The position numbers were made by a program, and so were the translations under genes. A stretch of DNA of 63,196 bases, counting the filler, from Octopus bimaculoides (taxonomy: Eukaryota), in assembly GCF_001194135.2 (NCBI RefSeq). It is 5 parts of 5 records of this genome, joined end to end, with 100 filler letters (N's around TTAATTAATTAA, not from the genome) between each part and the next. Parts side by side here need not be neighbours in the genome. Positions count along the whole stretch, not along the records: positions 1 to 31,926 come from NC_068992.1; positions 32,027 to 44,456 come from NC_068985.1; 3 more parts are not named here. The stretch is one strand, 5' to 3'. Positions 26,481 to 38,220 of this stretch are shown one piece after another. The notes below the pieces were generated by a model that worked only from the letters and a program-made list of their open reading frames with translations, did no database searches and was not told where the DNA came from. Numbering within the stretch: the stretch's first letter is position 1; the number at the start of each line of letters is the position of its first letter.

Positions 26481-27379
26481 GACACCATTGCCAGAGTCCT
26501 CGTCGTGATAATCAACATCATTAACGTCGTTGTTGACTATAACTTTAGTTTCGGATTTTTCATGCTAGTCTTGGTAGGTGTTTAACTTACACGTCTGCGC
26601 TTAATATCTTTTGCTCTGTATTTTTAAGGAAGTTTGAAAAGTGTAGGCTATACNNNNNNNNNNNNNNNNNNNNNNNNNNNNNNNNNNNNNNNNNNNNNNN
26701 NNNNNNNNNNNNNNNNNNNNNNNNNNNNNNNNNNNNNNNNNNNNNNNNNNNNNNNNNNNNNNNNNNNNNNNNNNNNNNNNNNNNNNNNNNNNNNNNNNNN
26801 NNNNNNNNNNNNNNNNNNNNNNNNNNNNNNNNNNNNNNNNNNNNNNNNNNNNNNNNNNNNNNNNNNNNNNNNNNNNNNNNGCACCCTACCCTCGTTATTG
26901 ATTTTCATGAAATCAAGTAAGTTGGCTACGGTTTAACTCGAATCGATTTTTCTTCACATGATTGATGGACGGATGATGCGAAAATACAGCTACAGAAGTT
27001 TTCAAGTGTCATTTGAGCTTCGGCAGTGGAAGGGGACTTTGTCATCAGGTTATGATTAATAGCTTTAAGAAAACATCTCTAACGTTGATTACGTTGTGCT
27101 TTTTGTATTTTTTTTTCTTTTTACTCTTTGTCTTCATTTGTTTTCTATTTTCTTTTTTTTTTTTTTTTGGTTTTCTGTTTCTATCTGTGTTCGTTCTTGG
27201 CTCGCGATTCTATTTTAGTTCAATAAAACATTAGAAGAATAAAAGTATTCGCAGGGAAAGAGTTTTTACAACTTCATCGTTATTAAAAGACTCTAATATA
27301 CAGCGATAACATTAACTATATTACGACTACCATTTTAAGCGATGCACGCGTTTTTCATCTTTTTTCTGTAGTAGTAGTA

Positions 27380-27643
27380 CGACTATCACTACTGCTGCTG
27401 CTGCTGTTACGACTACAACTACTACTGCTGCTAATTCTACAAATATTGCTGCTACTACTACTACTACTACTTATAATCATACTATTAATAGTACTAATGC
27501 AATACTTAGAAAATATAATGATGGTTGTGATAATTGAGATGATGATGATGAGGAGGAGGAGGCTGAAAAATGATGATGATAATGGCGATGGTGATGAAGT
27601 TAATGATGATGATAATGATGAGAATGATGATAAATGATGATAA

Positions 27644-27678
<35 letters not shown>

Positions 27679-27946
27679 AATGATGATGACGATGGTGATA
27701 TCAAATGATGATGATGATGATGACGATGATATCATATGATGATGATGAGGATGATGATGATGATGATAGTGAAGGTGATGATGATGATAGTGATGGTGAT
27801 GAGACATGATGGTGATGATGATAACAATGATGATGATCATAATAACAAATGATGATCATGATGCTCATGATGATGTTGATGATGATGGCAAATGATGATA
27901 ATAAGGCTGATGATGGCGATGATAATGGCTCTGTTGCTGCTGCCAC

Positions 27947-27978
<32 letters not shown>

Positions 27979-28011
27979 GTGATGGTGATGATGATGACAT
28001 TGGTGATGATG

Positions 28012-28043
<32 letters not shown>

Positions 28044-28062
28044 GGTGATGATGATGATGATG
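27380..28062. repeat. Long compound (CTG/CTA)n + (GAT)n microsatellite
   Basis: About 680 bp of imperfect trinucleotide repeats; source of the poly-D/M/I/S ORFs. Confidence 0.95.
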
Positions 28063-28779
28063 CGGGAGCGTTCAAAGTTCTTAAGATAAGGTCTGATTAC
28101 TTTGGAGTAGGTGTCGCTGGTAGTGGAATTCCTATTTCTGTTTCATGTTGATGACAATCACCTGAATACATTTTGCTACCTGATTTCCAACGGTAAAGCA
28201 GCCATAACTACTGATAATAGATAACACAGAAAAATAATTTCAAAATGTGTTACTGTATTAGAAAGAGTTTCAATCATCAAATGTGTTTATGTATTATTTA
28301 TGTGAAAGCGTGTGTGTAAGCGTGTGTGCGTGTGTACGATATCAGGAACACGTCACTTCGAGTGAGATTTATAGTCAGAATTTTTACGAGACGTGTCACA
28401 TATATTCCCAAAGTTTCTGAAGTGCTGTTTAGCTACGCTGTATTTTTGCACTTCGTGACAGGATTTATGGTTCGGTTTGTATAATTTACTCATTTCTTGA
28501 AATATTCTTTGAAAAGGTGGCGTCGAATTTTTCGCTAAAACATCAACGTAACATAATCACAAATCGGAATAACTGTTTTGAAGTTGCGTTATCCATTTTA
28601 AAAGAAAGCGCTACTCTCGATTCAAACAACAACAATAACGACAACAACAAGGAAAATTAGATTAAAGAGCAAAAAATGAATTACCATTTTGAGGCATATC
28701 CAACTGTATTGCAACCACAACCATTAACACTAACACAATAGAAAATAAAAAGACCACGATTTGTTTTACAAGCGTTGGC

Positions 28780-30280
28780 AGGTTTGCAGATGTCGTGGGC
28801 CGATGTTCTGCGCTAAGTAGAGAATTCGACAAAGAAGATTTTGAAGTCTACAAACATCCTGACAATATGTTCGCAAATTATTGCTTTAAATATACCACAT
28901 ACCAGCCGGCAATAAAATGACCAGAAAGACTGCGGCGTTTTGCAGAACAGTAGGTATAGAAAGTGGAGGTGCAATGGCCCAGTGGTTAGGGCAGCGGACT
29001 CGCGGTCATAGGATGGCGGTTTCGATTCCCAGACCGGGCGTTGTGAATGTTTATTGAGCGAAAACACCTAAAGCTTCACGAGGCTTCGGCAGGGGATGGT
29101 GGCGAACCCTGCTGTACTCCTTCACCACCTACAACTTTCTCTCACTCTTTCTTCCTGTTTCTGTTGTGCCTGTAATTCAATGGGTCACCCTGGTCACATT
29201 GTGTCACGCTGAATATCCCCGAGAACTACGTTAAGGGTACATGTGTCTGTGGAGTGCTCAGCCACTTACACGTTAATTTCACGAGTAGGCTGTTCCGTTG
29301 ACCGGATCAACTGGAACCCTCGACGTCGTAAGAGACGGAGTGTCAACAAAAAAGTATAGAAAGTGGGGAAAATATAGCAGGCGTAAGCCCTTCGCAAACA
29401 TCTGAGGCAAAAGCACGTATGTCGGTATAGGTAAAATATCACACGACAAAGGAACATTTTCCGACAGAAGATGAAGTTACAAAGCACTCCTCATACTAAA
29501 CTGCCCCGGCCGGAGGGTAATTATAAAGAATTGGACATAGCTTCTGAATTAAACATCTGGTTGATGGCGAATGCATTCTTGGACAAAGAAGACAAAACGA
29601 ATATTCTGTTTGTCTAGAGGCGACAGAAATAACAATGGAACAGCCAGGTGATGGAAGTCTTGATCCAAGCTCATCGTGAAAGTGCGGAATCCATCCCGGA
29701 CTTTACCAACCTCCTTTGACGTCTCACAAATTTGCATAGCCGTTCAGGGCAGAAAAACATGATGTCAAATAATTGGTGACATAAATCATCTGAATGTGTC
29801 CCGCCTGTAGCAATAGCATAAGGAAAGAAGCCCTCCATTTCTCACGATATGCTACGAAAAAGAATAGCTTCAGCACCTGCATGTCGCCGCAACAACAGTT
29901 AACTCAGAAACTACAAATCTAAAATAAGAAACCGTGGGTGTAGCAACACTAACAACAACAGCAACAATTAAAAAAAATCCCAACAGCGGCAACAACAGAA
30001 ACACGTCCGCCAAGTGCCAAGACATGGTCAACAATAACAGAAAATGGTGGAGAAAGCAAAACGGTAACAATTAACAGACAGATAATAGAAAAAAGAGGAG
30101 AAATGCGCCAGCAGAATATCTGGGAGTTTCAAACGGGGTAAAGATATGCTTCTGAAGAACGATACTCACTTGGAGATGTCTGCGATTTTTGAGTAGCACT
30201 TTGCTCGGCTGTCCAAGATTAATGAGAGAATAGATTGCAGGCTGCACTCCAGTGCCTATATCAAGGATCAATACGATCGT
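28780..30280 (+). mobile_element. Decayed L1/Tx1-like copy (ORF1 remnants plus short ORF2 remnant), interrupted by a SINE
   Basis: Fragmentary translations MSWADVLR, RKTAAFCRT, EVLIQAHRESAESIPDFTNL and VQGRKT*CQIIGDINHL (zinc-knuckle remnant) parallel the ORF1 at 12.1-13.2 kb. FE*HFARL near 30190 resembles an ORF2 linker. Confidence 0.55.
28965..29353 (+). mobile_element. Full-length tRNA-derived SINE with 13-bp target-site duplication
   Basis: Head GGAGGTGCAATGGCCCAGTGGTTAGGG...GGTTTCGATTCCC has A and B boxes, and there is a short A-rich end. The identical flanks GTATAGAAAGTGG lie at 28954-28966 and 29354-29366. Confidence 0.9.
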
Positions 30281-31794
30281 TCTTTTTACAAAATGCAGCC
30301 CAGATTCAGTTCGACACTCAAATGACTAGCACACTTTAGTCACATCATTCTTCGAAGTGGGTATAATTAAGCGATATTGAAAAATATTCCAATTCTATAC
30401 ATTTCTATAACCCCATTATAAAATAACCACCTTATACACACACACACACACACACGCACACACACAAGCGCACACACACACACAAGCACACATGTGTACT
30501 TTGAATAAAAACAATTTTGCATTAATCTACGAAGATACACTATTCTTTTGCAGAGTACAATTTGTTGTTTTCTATAGTACAAACATATTACGGCTTAACT
30601 TCGATGTCACTTTCAGCAATATTCTTGTTTAAGAATAATATATATCTATATCTATAGNNNNNNNNNNNNNNNNNNNNNNNNNNNNNNNNNNNNNNNNNNN
30701 NNNNNNNNNNNNNNNNNNNNNNNNNNNNNNNNNNNNNNNNNNNNNNNNNNNNNNNNNNNNNNNNNNNNNNNNNNNNNNNNNNNNNNNNNNNNNNNNNNNN
30801 NNNNNNNNNNNNNNNNNNNNNNNNNNNNNNNNNNNNNNNNNNNNNNNNNNNNNNNNNNNNNNNNNNNNNNNNNNNNNNNNNNNNNNNNNNNNNNNNNNNN
30901 NNNNNNNNNNNNNNNNNNNNNNNNNNNNNNNNNNNNNNNNNNNNNNNNNNNNNNNNNNNNNNNNNNNNNNNNNNNNNNNNNNNNNNNNNNNNNNNNNNNN
31001 NNNNNNNNNNNNNNNNNNNNNNNNNNNNNNNNNNNNNNNNNNNNNNNNNNNNNNNNNNNNNNNNNNNNNNNNNNNNNNNNNNNNNNNNNNNNNNNNNNNN
31101 NNNNNNNNNNNNNNNNNNNNNNNNNNNNNNNNNNNNNNNNNNNNNNNNNNNNNNNNNNNNNNNNNNNNNNNNNNNNNNNNNNNNNNNNNNNNNNNNNNNN
31201 NNNNNNNNNNNNNNNNNNNNNNNNNNNNNNNNNNNNNNNNNNNNNNNNNNNNNNNNNNNNNNNNNNNNNNNNNNNNNNNNNNNNNNNNNNNNNNATATAT
31301 ATTTACATACATACATACATACGCTCTCTCTCTCGTTCTTTGTTCCCCACTCTCTTTCTCTCTCTCACAAAGTGTCTATCTTTCTAACTATCTGCGAAGT
31401 TAAACTATAATAAAAACACGAAAGAAAACTACGACATAAAGAAAAAAGAAAAAGAAATAATAAAAATGTGTTTGGTGGAAACTAGTGCAACTTCATGAAT
31501 TGTTTCAATATATATCAACTCTGTTGATATTTACAAATTCGAATATTATTAACGGCAATATGAAGTACGTGGACGCAGTGACCTGTTCACACAGAAAATA
31601 TGACTACGTGCATATAGAAGAACTGTAACCAAACGTTTAAAATAGTGAGTGTGACGTAGAAACAACTAAGTTTAATCGAGTCATTGAGCTGAGCTAATTG
31701 AATTAACGTGGCGTCAATCACAAAAAAATGATGTTTGATTAATGTAACCATATATCTGATATGCAATTCCGCTTGTAAACATTCATATCAGATC

Positions 31795-31855
<61 letters not shown>

Positions 31856-31970
31856 TGTACGTGTATGTGAACGCACGCTAATGCTGAACTATTTTAAACG
31901 GTGACACAAATACATACATAGGCACANNNNNNNNNNNNNNNNNNNNNNNNNNNNNNNNNNNNNNNNNNNN

Positions 31971-31982
31971 TTAATTAATTAA
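31971..31982. other. Artificial scaffold linker TTAATTAATTAA within a 100-bp N block
   Basis: N44 + TTAATTAATTAA + N44 (31927-32026), identical in layout to three other sites. Confidence 0.95.
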
Positions 31983-32026
31983 NNNNNNNNNNNNNNNNNN
32001 NNNNNNNNNNNNNNNNNNNNNNNNNN

Positions 32027-32213
32027 AAAACAAACACATAATTTTGTTATGGTTTCTTAAACATTCACTAGAACAAAACTGTACAAATCCAAATATATGG
32101 TGCCCTAGGCATAACACCTACATGAATTTCTAACTTGTTGTCTCTTGAGGTCTCTGGGTGAGACTTGGATCCAACTTGTACAAATGCAAAGCAAAAGTCA
32201 AACATAAAATAAT

Positions 32214-32271
<58 letters not shown>
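32027..32271 (+). mobile_element. Probable LINE 3' UTR ending in (AAT)n
   Basis: Non-coding segment terminating in a perfect AAT run (about 32213-32270), like the R4/Dong end at 25.7 kb. Family assignment rests on recognition only. Confidence 0.35.
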
Positions 32272-32321
32272 GCATCGAAAAATACCTTAGGAATGAGAAT
32301 CCAGGTTGGAAATCTCCCCAT

Positions 32322-32367
32322 GTCACCTGATGAAGCCTAGCAGGTATATCAGCCGAAAGGTTGTGTT
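32322..32367 (+). ncRNA. Degenerate type I hammerhead ribozyme motif
   Basis: CAC-CTGATGA(32327-33)-A-GCCTAGCAGGTATATCAGCC-GAAA-GGTT-GTG. The core and GAAA are intact, but stem II and the AACGTT-type palindromic stem III appear mutated. Confidence 0.5.
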
Positions 32368-33701
32368 AAGAAACAAGATGAGGACGAATATCTGTCAAAT
32401 GTAAATAAAGTAAGGCTAAGAAATCCATAGCATATTTATGCAAATGAAGTGTTGAGTATTGTGTATGATTTCCAGTAGGGTTGCCTGTAAACGAGCGAGG
32501 ATATAAAATCCATCAGTCAACGCATCGATCTGTATTAACAGGATAGTCCCTATCAATGTACATCTATACAACAATTTCGCGAGTGTAATTAAATACGAAA
32601 CATATTTGATGTTCGTCTGATGGGTTACCGTTAAATCGCTTTTAGAATCAGGCTCTTTGTTATTACATTCTACTACATCACAGCTTAAGTAGTAAGTTAT
32701 TGAAGTTGTACAACATCAAATCCTTTACCGCATATTGAATGAACAGAAACTAGATGAATGATCATCAATAGTTTTCCTGTGTTTGTGAGAAAGACTTAAT
32801 CTCTAAGATAATTTAACAACAATAAGGCGACTCTTGGATACATAGGGCTATTCTCTGTAGCAAGCGTTTAGCGTAATGAAATATTTCTTTCTTTCTATTA
32901 CCAGAACCTGAAAGATTTCATGGAAGCTGTCCTTTAACTTTTGACTAATCGTAAAAATTTCCTGGAACACTCCGAAATAGGCACCTATTCCTTGTCTGAG
33001 AAGTAAAACATTAGCATGCCAGCACCTTAGGAGTTAGTTTAAAGATACATACAACATAAACCCTTAATGAATTCTCCAAACTGACTTTGAAGTAAAGGGT
33101 AAATTTAGTCTGATGTTTAAAGGTAAATACAGTTGCTGCTGCTGTTACTACAAAACCCTCTGCAATTAGGATCCTGTCATAGTTTAAGAGAAAATAATCC
33201 TTGTAAATACCTTGACTATTAGTTATTGACTGTGCAGATTTTTTTTTTTACCTATGATGTGGTGGAGACTAAGCAAATGTTTAGAAATTAACCTACAAAA
33301 ATATATTTACCAAAATATCCTAATCAAATAGGTATATTGGCTTGGAAAAAATACACATGGACATATAATCTAAGACCTAATCGAAACAGACATAATTACC
33401 ATGGGCAGAATAAAAATATCAAAGCATCGATGACACAGGATATATGTCTGACAACTATTGCGAATTTGTGATCTCGGATGTAGTAAAAACGTAACAGTAC
33501 TGCAGACAAGAGTAAGTACCATCAACATAAAAGAAAACATAATATAGCAGGCTATATTGCGGAGGCGATAATACAGAAACGAAAACAACAGAGTCTGTAA
33601 AATATAGTTTTTAGAATATACTTGTTTAAGTTTGAAAGGTACGAAACAATAACAGGAACATTTCTAAAGTTGCCAGGAGGTAAATTGTCTCAATTAATCT
33701 G

Positions 33702-33766
<65 letters not shown>

Positions 33767-34577
33767 ATATATATTTGTGTGTGTGCGTGTGTGTGTGTGT
33801 GTGTGTGTCTGTGTGTGTAATATATACATATAAACATATATGCATGGCAATATATATATGTATATGTATGTATATATGTGCATAAACATGTACATACATA
33901 TAAACGCACACTCACATATATACACACATGCACCCATACATGTATTCTTTTCTGTTATATGCTATCTGTTTCAGAATGCTTTACAATAGCAGAGATTTGG
34001 TGTATATAAGCCAGTTACGAATGTCGAAGTTTGTAAATTATTTTTGCTTTTATAGTGTATGGCTAGTAATCATGGTTATGCACTAATAATGAAAACATGA
34101 CGAACAACAAATATTGATCAGTGGGGCCATATACAATATACATTTAATGGGGGTAGATAAGATATTTGGCCTTACATGATGTGTAAGTCATCGTGTGGTG
34201 GAAGTGCACGTTTGGTGGGATATTCAATGTACATTGGTTTGTATTATTGCAGACTTTATAACACAATGGTTTATGAACAAAGCTGCAATATTTCAAACGA
34301 GAATCTTTGTATATAAAACAGCAAAAAGTTTCATTAGTATTGTCGCTTCGTGTTATAATACATGAATTGGTTTTTAATTTGCGTTCGATAACGAGTCTTT
34401 TACTATCGTTTATTTTGATATAATCATGATTTTGTTAGTTTTCCATGAAAATACGTTAAACTGTAAAATTATTGCGTATTAAAATGCTTGTTCGTTCAAT
34501 ATTTTGATTATATAGAAAATTTGAGCATGTGTTAACGGTTGCTCCATTAGTAATGTAAGTGGGGGCAGAGTTTTAAT

Positions 34578-34755
34578 GTTGGCAGTAATTTTACACCTCG
34601 GCAGAATTTCTCAGTTCAAATTCCGCCGAGGTAGTTTTTCCATCGTGTGGCGGGTCGTAAAAATAAGTACCAGTTGTGTAAAGCGGTCGATGTAATCGAC
34701 TAGCCACCTACTTCGAACACGCTGATGTTGTGCCGAAAATTGGAAACCAATTTGA
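34578..34755 (+). mobile_element. SINE (second family), + copy
   Basis: Contains AGTTCAAATTCCGCCGAGGT, AATAAGTACCAGTTG and GGTCGATGTAATCGAC. Confidence 0.8.
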
Positions 34756-34854
34756 TGTTACACTAGTGAATTTATTTTTTTTAAGTAGTACTCATTTCAT
34801 AAAATCAACAAATGGAATCCTAAAGAGGTGGACACAATGAATATTCGTTTCTAC

Positions 34855-35035
34855 TCTAGACACAAGGCCCGAAATTTTGGGAGAGGAGGCGACTAGTAGT
34901 TAATCTACTGACCCCGAAAGGATGAAAGGCAAAGTCGACCTCGGCGGAATTTGAACTCAGAACGTAGAGACAGACGAAATAACACTAAGCATTTCGCTCG
35001 GCGTGGTAACGTCTCTGCCAATTTGCCGTTTGAAC
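34855..35035 (-). mobile_element. SINE (second family), - copy
   Basis: Contains CCCCGAAAGGATGAAAGGCAAAGTCGACCTCGGCGGAATTTGAACTCAGAACGTA. Confidence 0.85.
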
Positions 35036-35779
35036 ACAATGAATATTGTTAATGTACCTATTTCAAGATTTTGTATTTTTTTTTTTTACATATACTGGAT
35101 TAATTTGATTACATTTTAATTAACTTTTCGACAGCAATTAACAATTCCTTCGTGGCTGACCAATAACTGACTAAGTGAATTAATCCTGTTTGAAGATATA
35201 CACACTCGTATACTTTTAAAACCTAACAGATAATATTCGCAAGGTAAATGTTCGAACATTTTAGTTATTAGATTTTGATCATGGTTACTCGTTCTATTAA
35301 GAATAACGTATTATAAAGCTTAGTCTCTTTCCCCACATATTCCGATTCAATAATATATTGGCTCATTATAATTTATAGACTTCAATTAGAATATGAAGTA
35401 ACATATAACCTTTGTACATATCACATTGTAATCAGTAAAAACCGAATATCCGCAGGAACCTTTTCCAATTGCTTCAAGTTTTGTACTTTGTAAAAACTAA
35501 TTCGACATTTTAATACATAAGATGAAAATTAAATTCGTAATAATATTCTTGGAGGTCTTTTTTTAAAATTACCGTACATGAAACAGTGAGCTGAGATGAT
35601 TTTTTTTCATATTACGTAAACCGTTAGAATGATATGTCATTCGCACGAATATCTAAATATAAACAGTTCCACCGGCATACACATAATCATACTTATTACA
35701 CAGAGAAACGACCGCACACACATGCACACGAACAACTATACATACATATACACACATATATACGTACATTTATACATAC

Positions 35780-35829
<50 letters not shown>

Positions 35830-36547
35830 NNNNNNNNNNNNNNNNNNNNNNNNNNNNNNNNNNNNNNNNNNNNNNNNNNNNNNNNNNNNNNNNNNNNNNN
35901 NNNNNNNNNNNNNNNNNNNNNNNNNNNNNNNNNNNNNNNNNNNNNNNNNNNNNNNNNNNNNNNNNNNNNNNNNNNNNNNNNNNNNNNNNNNNNNNNNNNN
36001 NNNNNNNNNNNNNNNNNNNNNNNNNNNNNNNNNNNNNNNNNNNNNNNNNNNNNNNNNNNNNNNNNNNNNNNNNNNNNNNNNNNNNNNNNNNNNNNNNNNN
36101 NNNNNNNNNNNNNNNNNNNNNNNNNNNNNNNNNNNNNNNNNNNNNNNNNNNNNNNNNNNNNNNNNNNNNNNNNNNNNNNNNNNNNNNNNNNNNNNNNNNN
36201 NNNNNNNNNNNNNNNNNNNNNNNNNNNNNNNNNNNNNNNNNNNNNNNNNNNNNNNNNNNNNNNNNNNNNNNNNNNNNNNNNNNNNNNNNNNNNNNNNNNN
36301 NNNNNNNNNNNNNNNNNNNNNNNNNNNNNNNNNNNNNNNNNNNNNNNNNNNNNNNNNNNNNNNNNNNNNNNNNNNNNNNNNNNNNNNNNNNNNNNNNNNN
36401 NNNNNNNNNNNNNNNNNNNNNNNNNNNNNNNNNNNNNNNNNNNNNNNNNNNNNNNNNNNNNNNNNNNNNNNNNNNNNNNNNNNNNNNNNNNNNNNNNNNN
36501 NNNNNNNNNNNNNNNNNNNNNNNNNNNNNNNNNNNNNNNNNNNNNNN

Positions 36548-36593
<46 letters not shown>

Positions 36594-37877
36594 GTAAAAA
36601 CAAATAGTAAATGAGTATATGCATATATACGTACAGGTATGTGCATACCGACATCCACCTGTATGTATAGGTGCATATCTGGGTACAGGACATTGCAAAC
36701 AAAACAGAGACGAGAAAACACACAAGCCACATAGAGAACATTCTACTTCATCAGTTACCCCCGTTTTAACACCGGCGTTTCGAAGGGCTGGGCAGGACGC
36801 ATCGTTAAAACGGCTCTTCCCATGGACCGCAAATTAAATTTTTATACACAAATTAAATCTTGCGATGGAGGAGTGTAATGGCGGACAAAAAACAAGACAG
36901 GAAAACAAACAGAAAAGGCTTTACGGCCAGACGAGAAAAATTATGTGTGTATGAACGCTGTGAGGCACGAACTTGAAAGTAGGGACGAAGTGGTTCGAGT
37001 GTTTGCTCGGCGATAGCCAAGGAAACATACATATATATATATACACACATACATATATATATATAGATATAGACACACACACATACATATATATACAAGG
37101 TCAATACAGATGAGTTTTTAATAATTTCCACTTTTACATTTCAATTAGATATTTACAAATACCATGCATTAGGATGTTTACTACAATATATAGTTGCCAG
37201 GTGTAATATCTGAGTTTGTTTAGGATTGTAATTCTTTAGACAGGTGAATATAATCTATGCACCAAATGCAACCTGTATGCACTCAATAACCTATTACCTT
37301 CTAATCTAACACACACGCTATTTTCCCTCTCACACTCTACTCTGTGGATAACTCTTTCACTATCGATCTTTTCTGGCTCTCTCAGACAGCCACATACACC
37401 TGTATGAGTCTTGTTCTACAATTCATTGGCATATATCTGAATATGTATTTATCAGTTTACGAGTATTTAATATTAACGTGGAAGCCTAAAATGAATTATA
37501 TATTCAATAACAACTTGCTTGACCTCTTTATTAAACAGATGTTTATTTCAACTCAAGGCACCTAATATCCAGAAAACTTTGCCTCTTTATATTGCAACGA
37601 AAATAGACACAGAATGGGTTGTTTTAGACAATGGAACTCAGAATAACATTCATCATTGTTGTCATGATCATTCTGGAAATATTCTACATAAATCATAAAT
37701 TTACATGTAAAATGAATTGAAAATAACTTTTCCGTTAACAACATTGAATTAGAAGTGGTGAGTTTCGGAAAGAAATGTTTAAAAACCATAAAGTCTTACA
37801 ATTGTATGAGAAACTGAAAACAGAATCTAGGAAACCTGACACACCTGAACGAAAGCTTGCCGATCATCCCAAGAAAT

Positions 37878-37879
37878 GA

Positions 37880-37945
<66 letters not shown>
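37878..37945. repeat. (ATCT)n tetranucleotide microsatellite
   Basis: Perfect ATCT run; a similar run is at about 18400-18462. Confidence 0.95.
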
Positions 37946-38180
37946 TCATCCATTCATCTCGCTCTCTCTCTCTCTCGCTATATATATANNNNNNNNNNNN
38001 NNNNNNNNNNNNNNNNNNNNNNNNNNNNNNNNNNNNNNNNNNNNNNNNNNNNNNNNNNNNNNNNNNNNNNNNNNNNNNNNNNNNNNNNNNNNNNNNNNNN
38101 NNNNNNNNNNNNNNNNNNNNNNNNNNNNNNNNNNNNNNNNNNNNNNNNNNNNNNNNNNNNNNNNNNNNNNNNNNNNNNNN

Positions 38181-38220
<40 letters not shown>

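Noticed and set aside
28965-29040. Possible tRNA gene
   Set aside because: It has A and B boxes but continues into a ~310-bp SINE body with a TSD, and I could not fold a full cloverleaf.
35629-36741. Long ORFs (300+ aa) in the track, also at 14.7-15.2, 18.5-19.4, 30.6-31.3 and 52.5-53.8 kb
   Set aside because: Their length comes from N runs translated as X.
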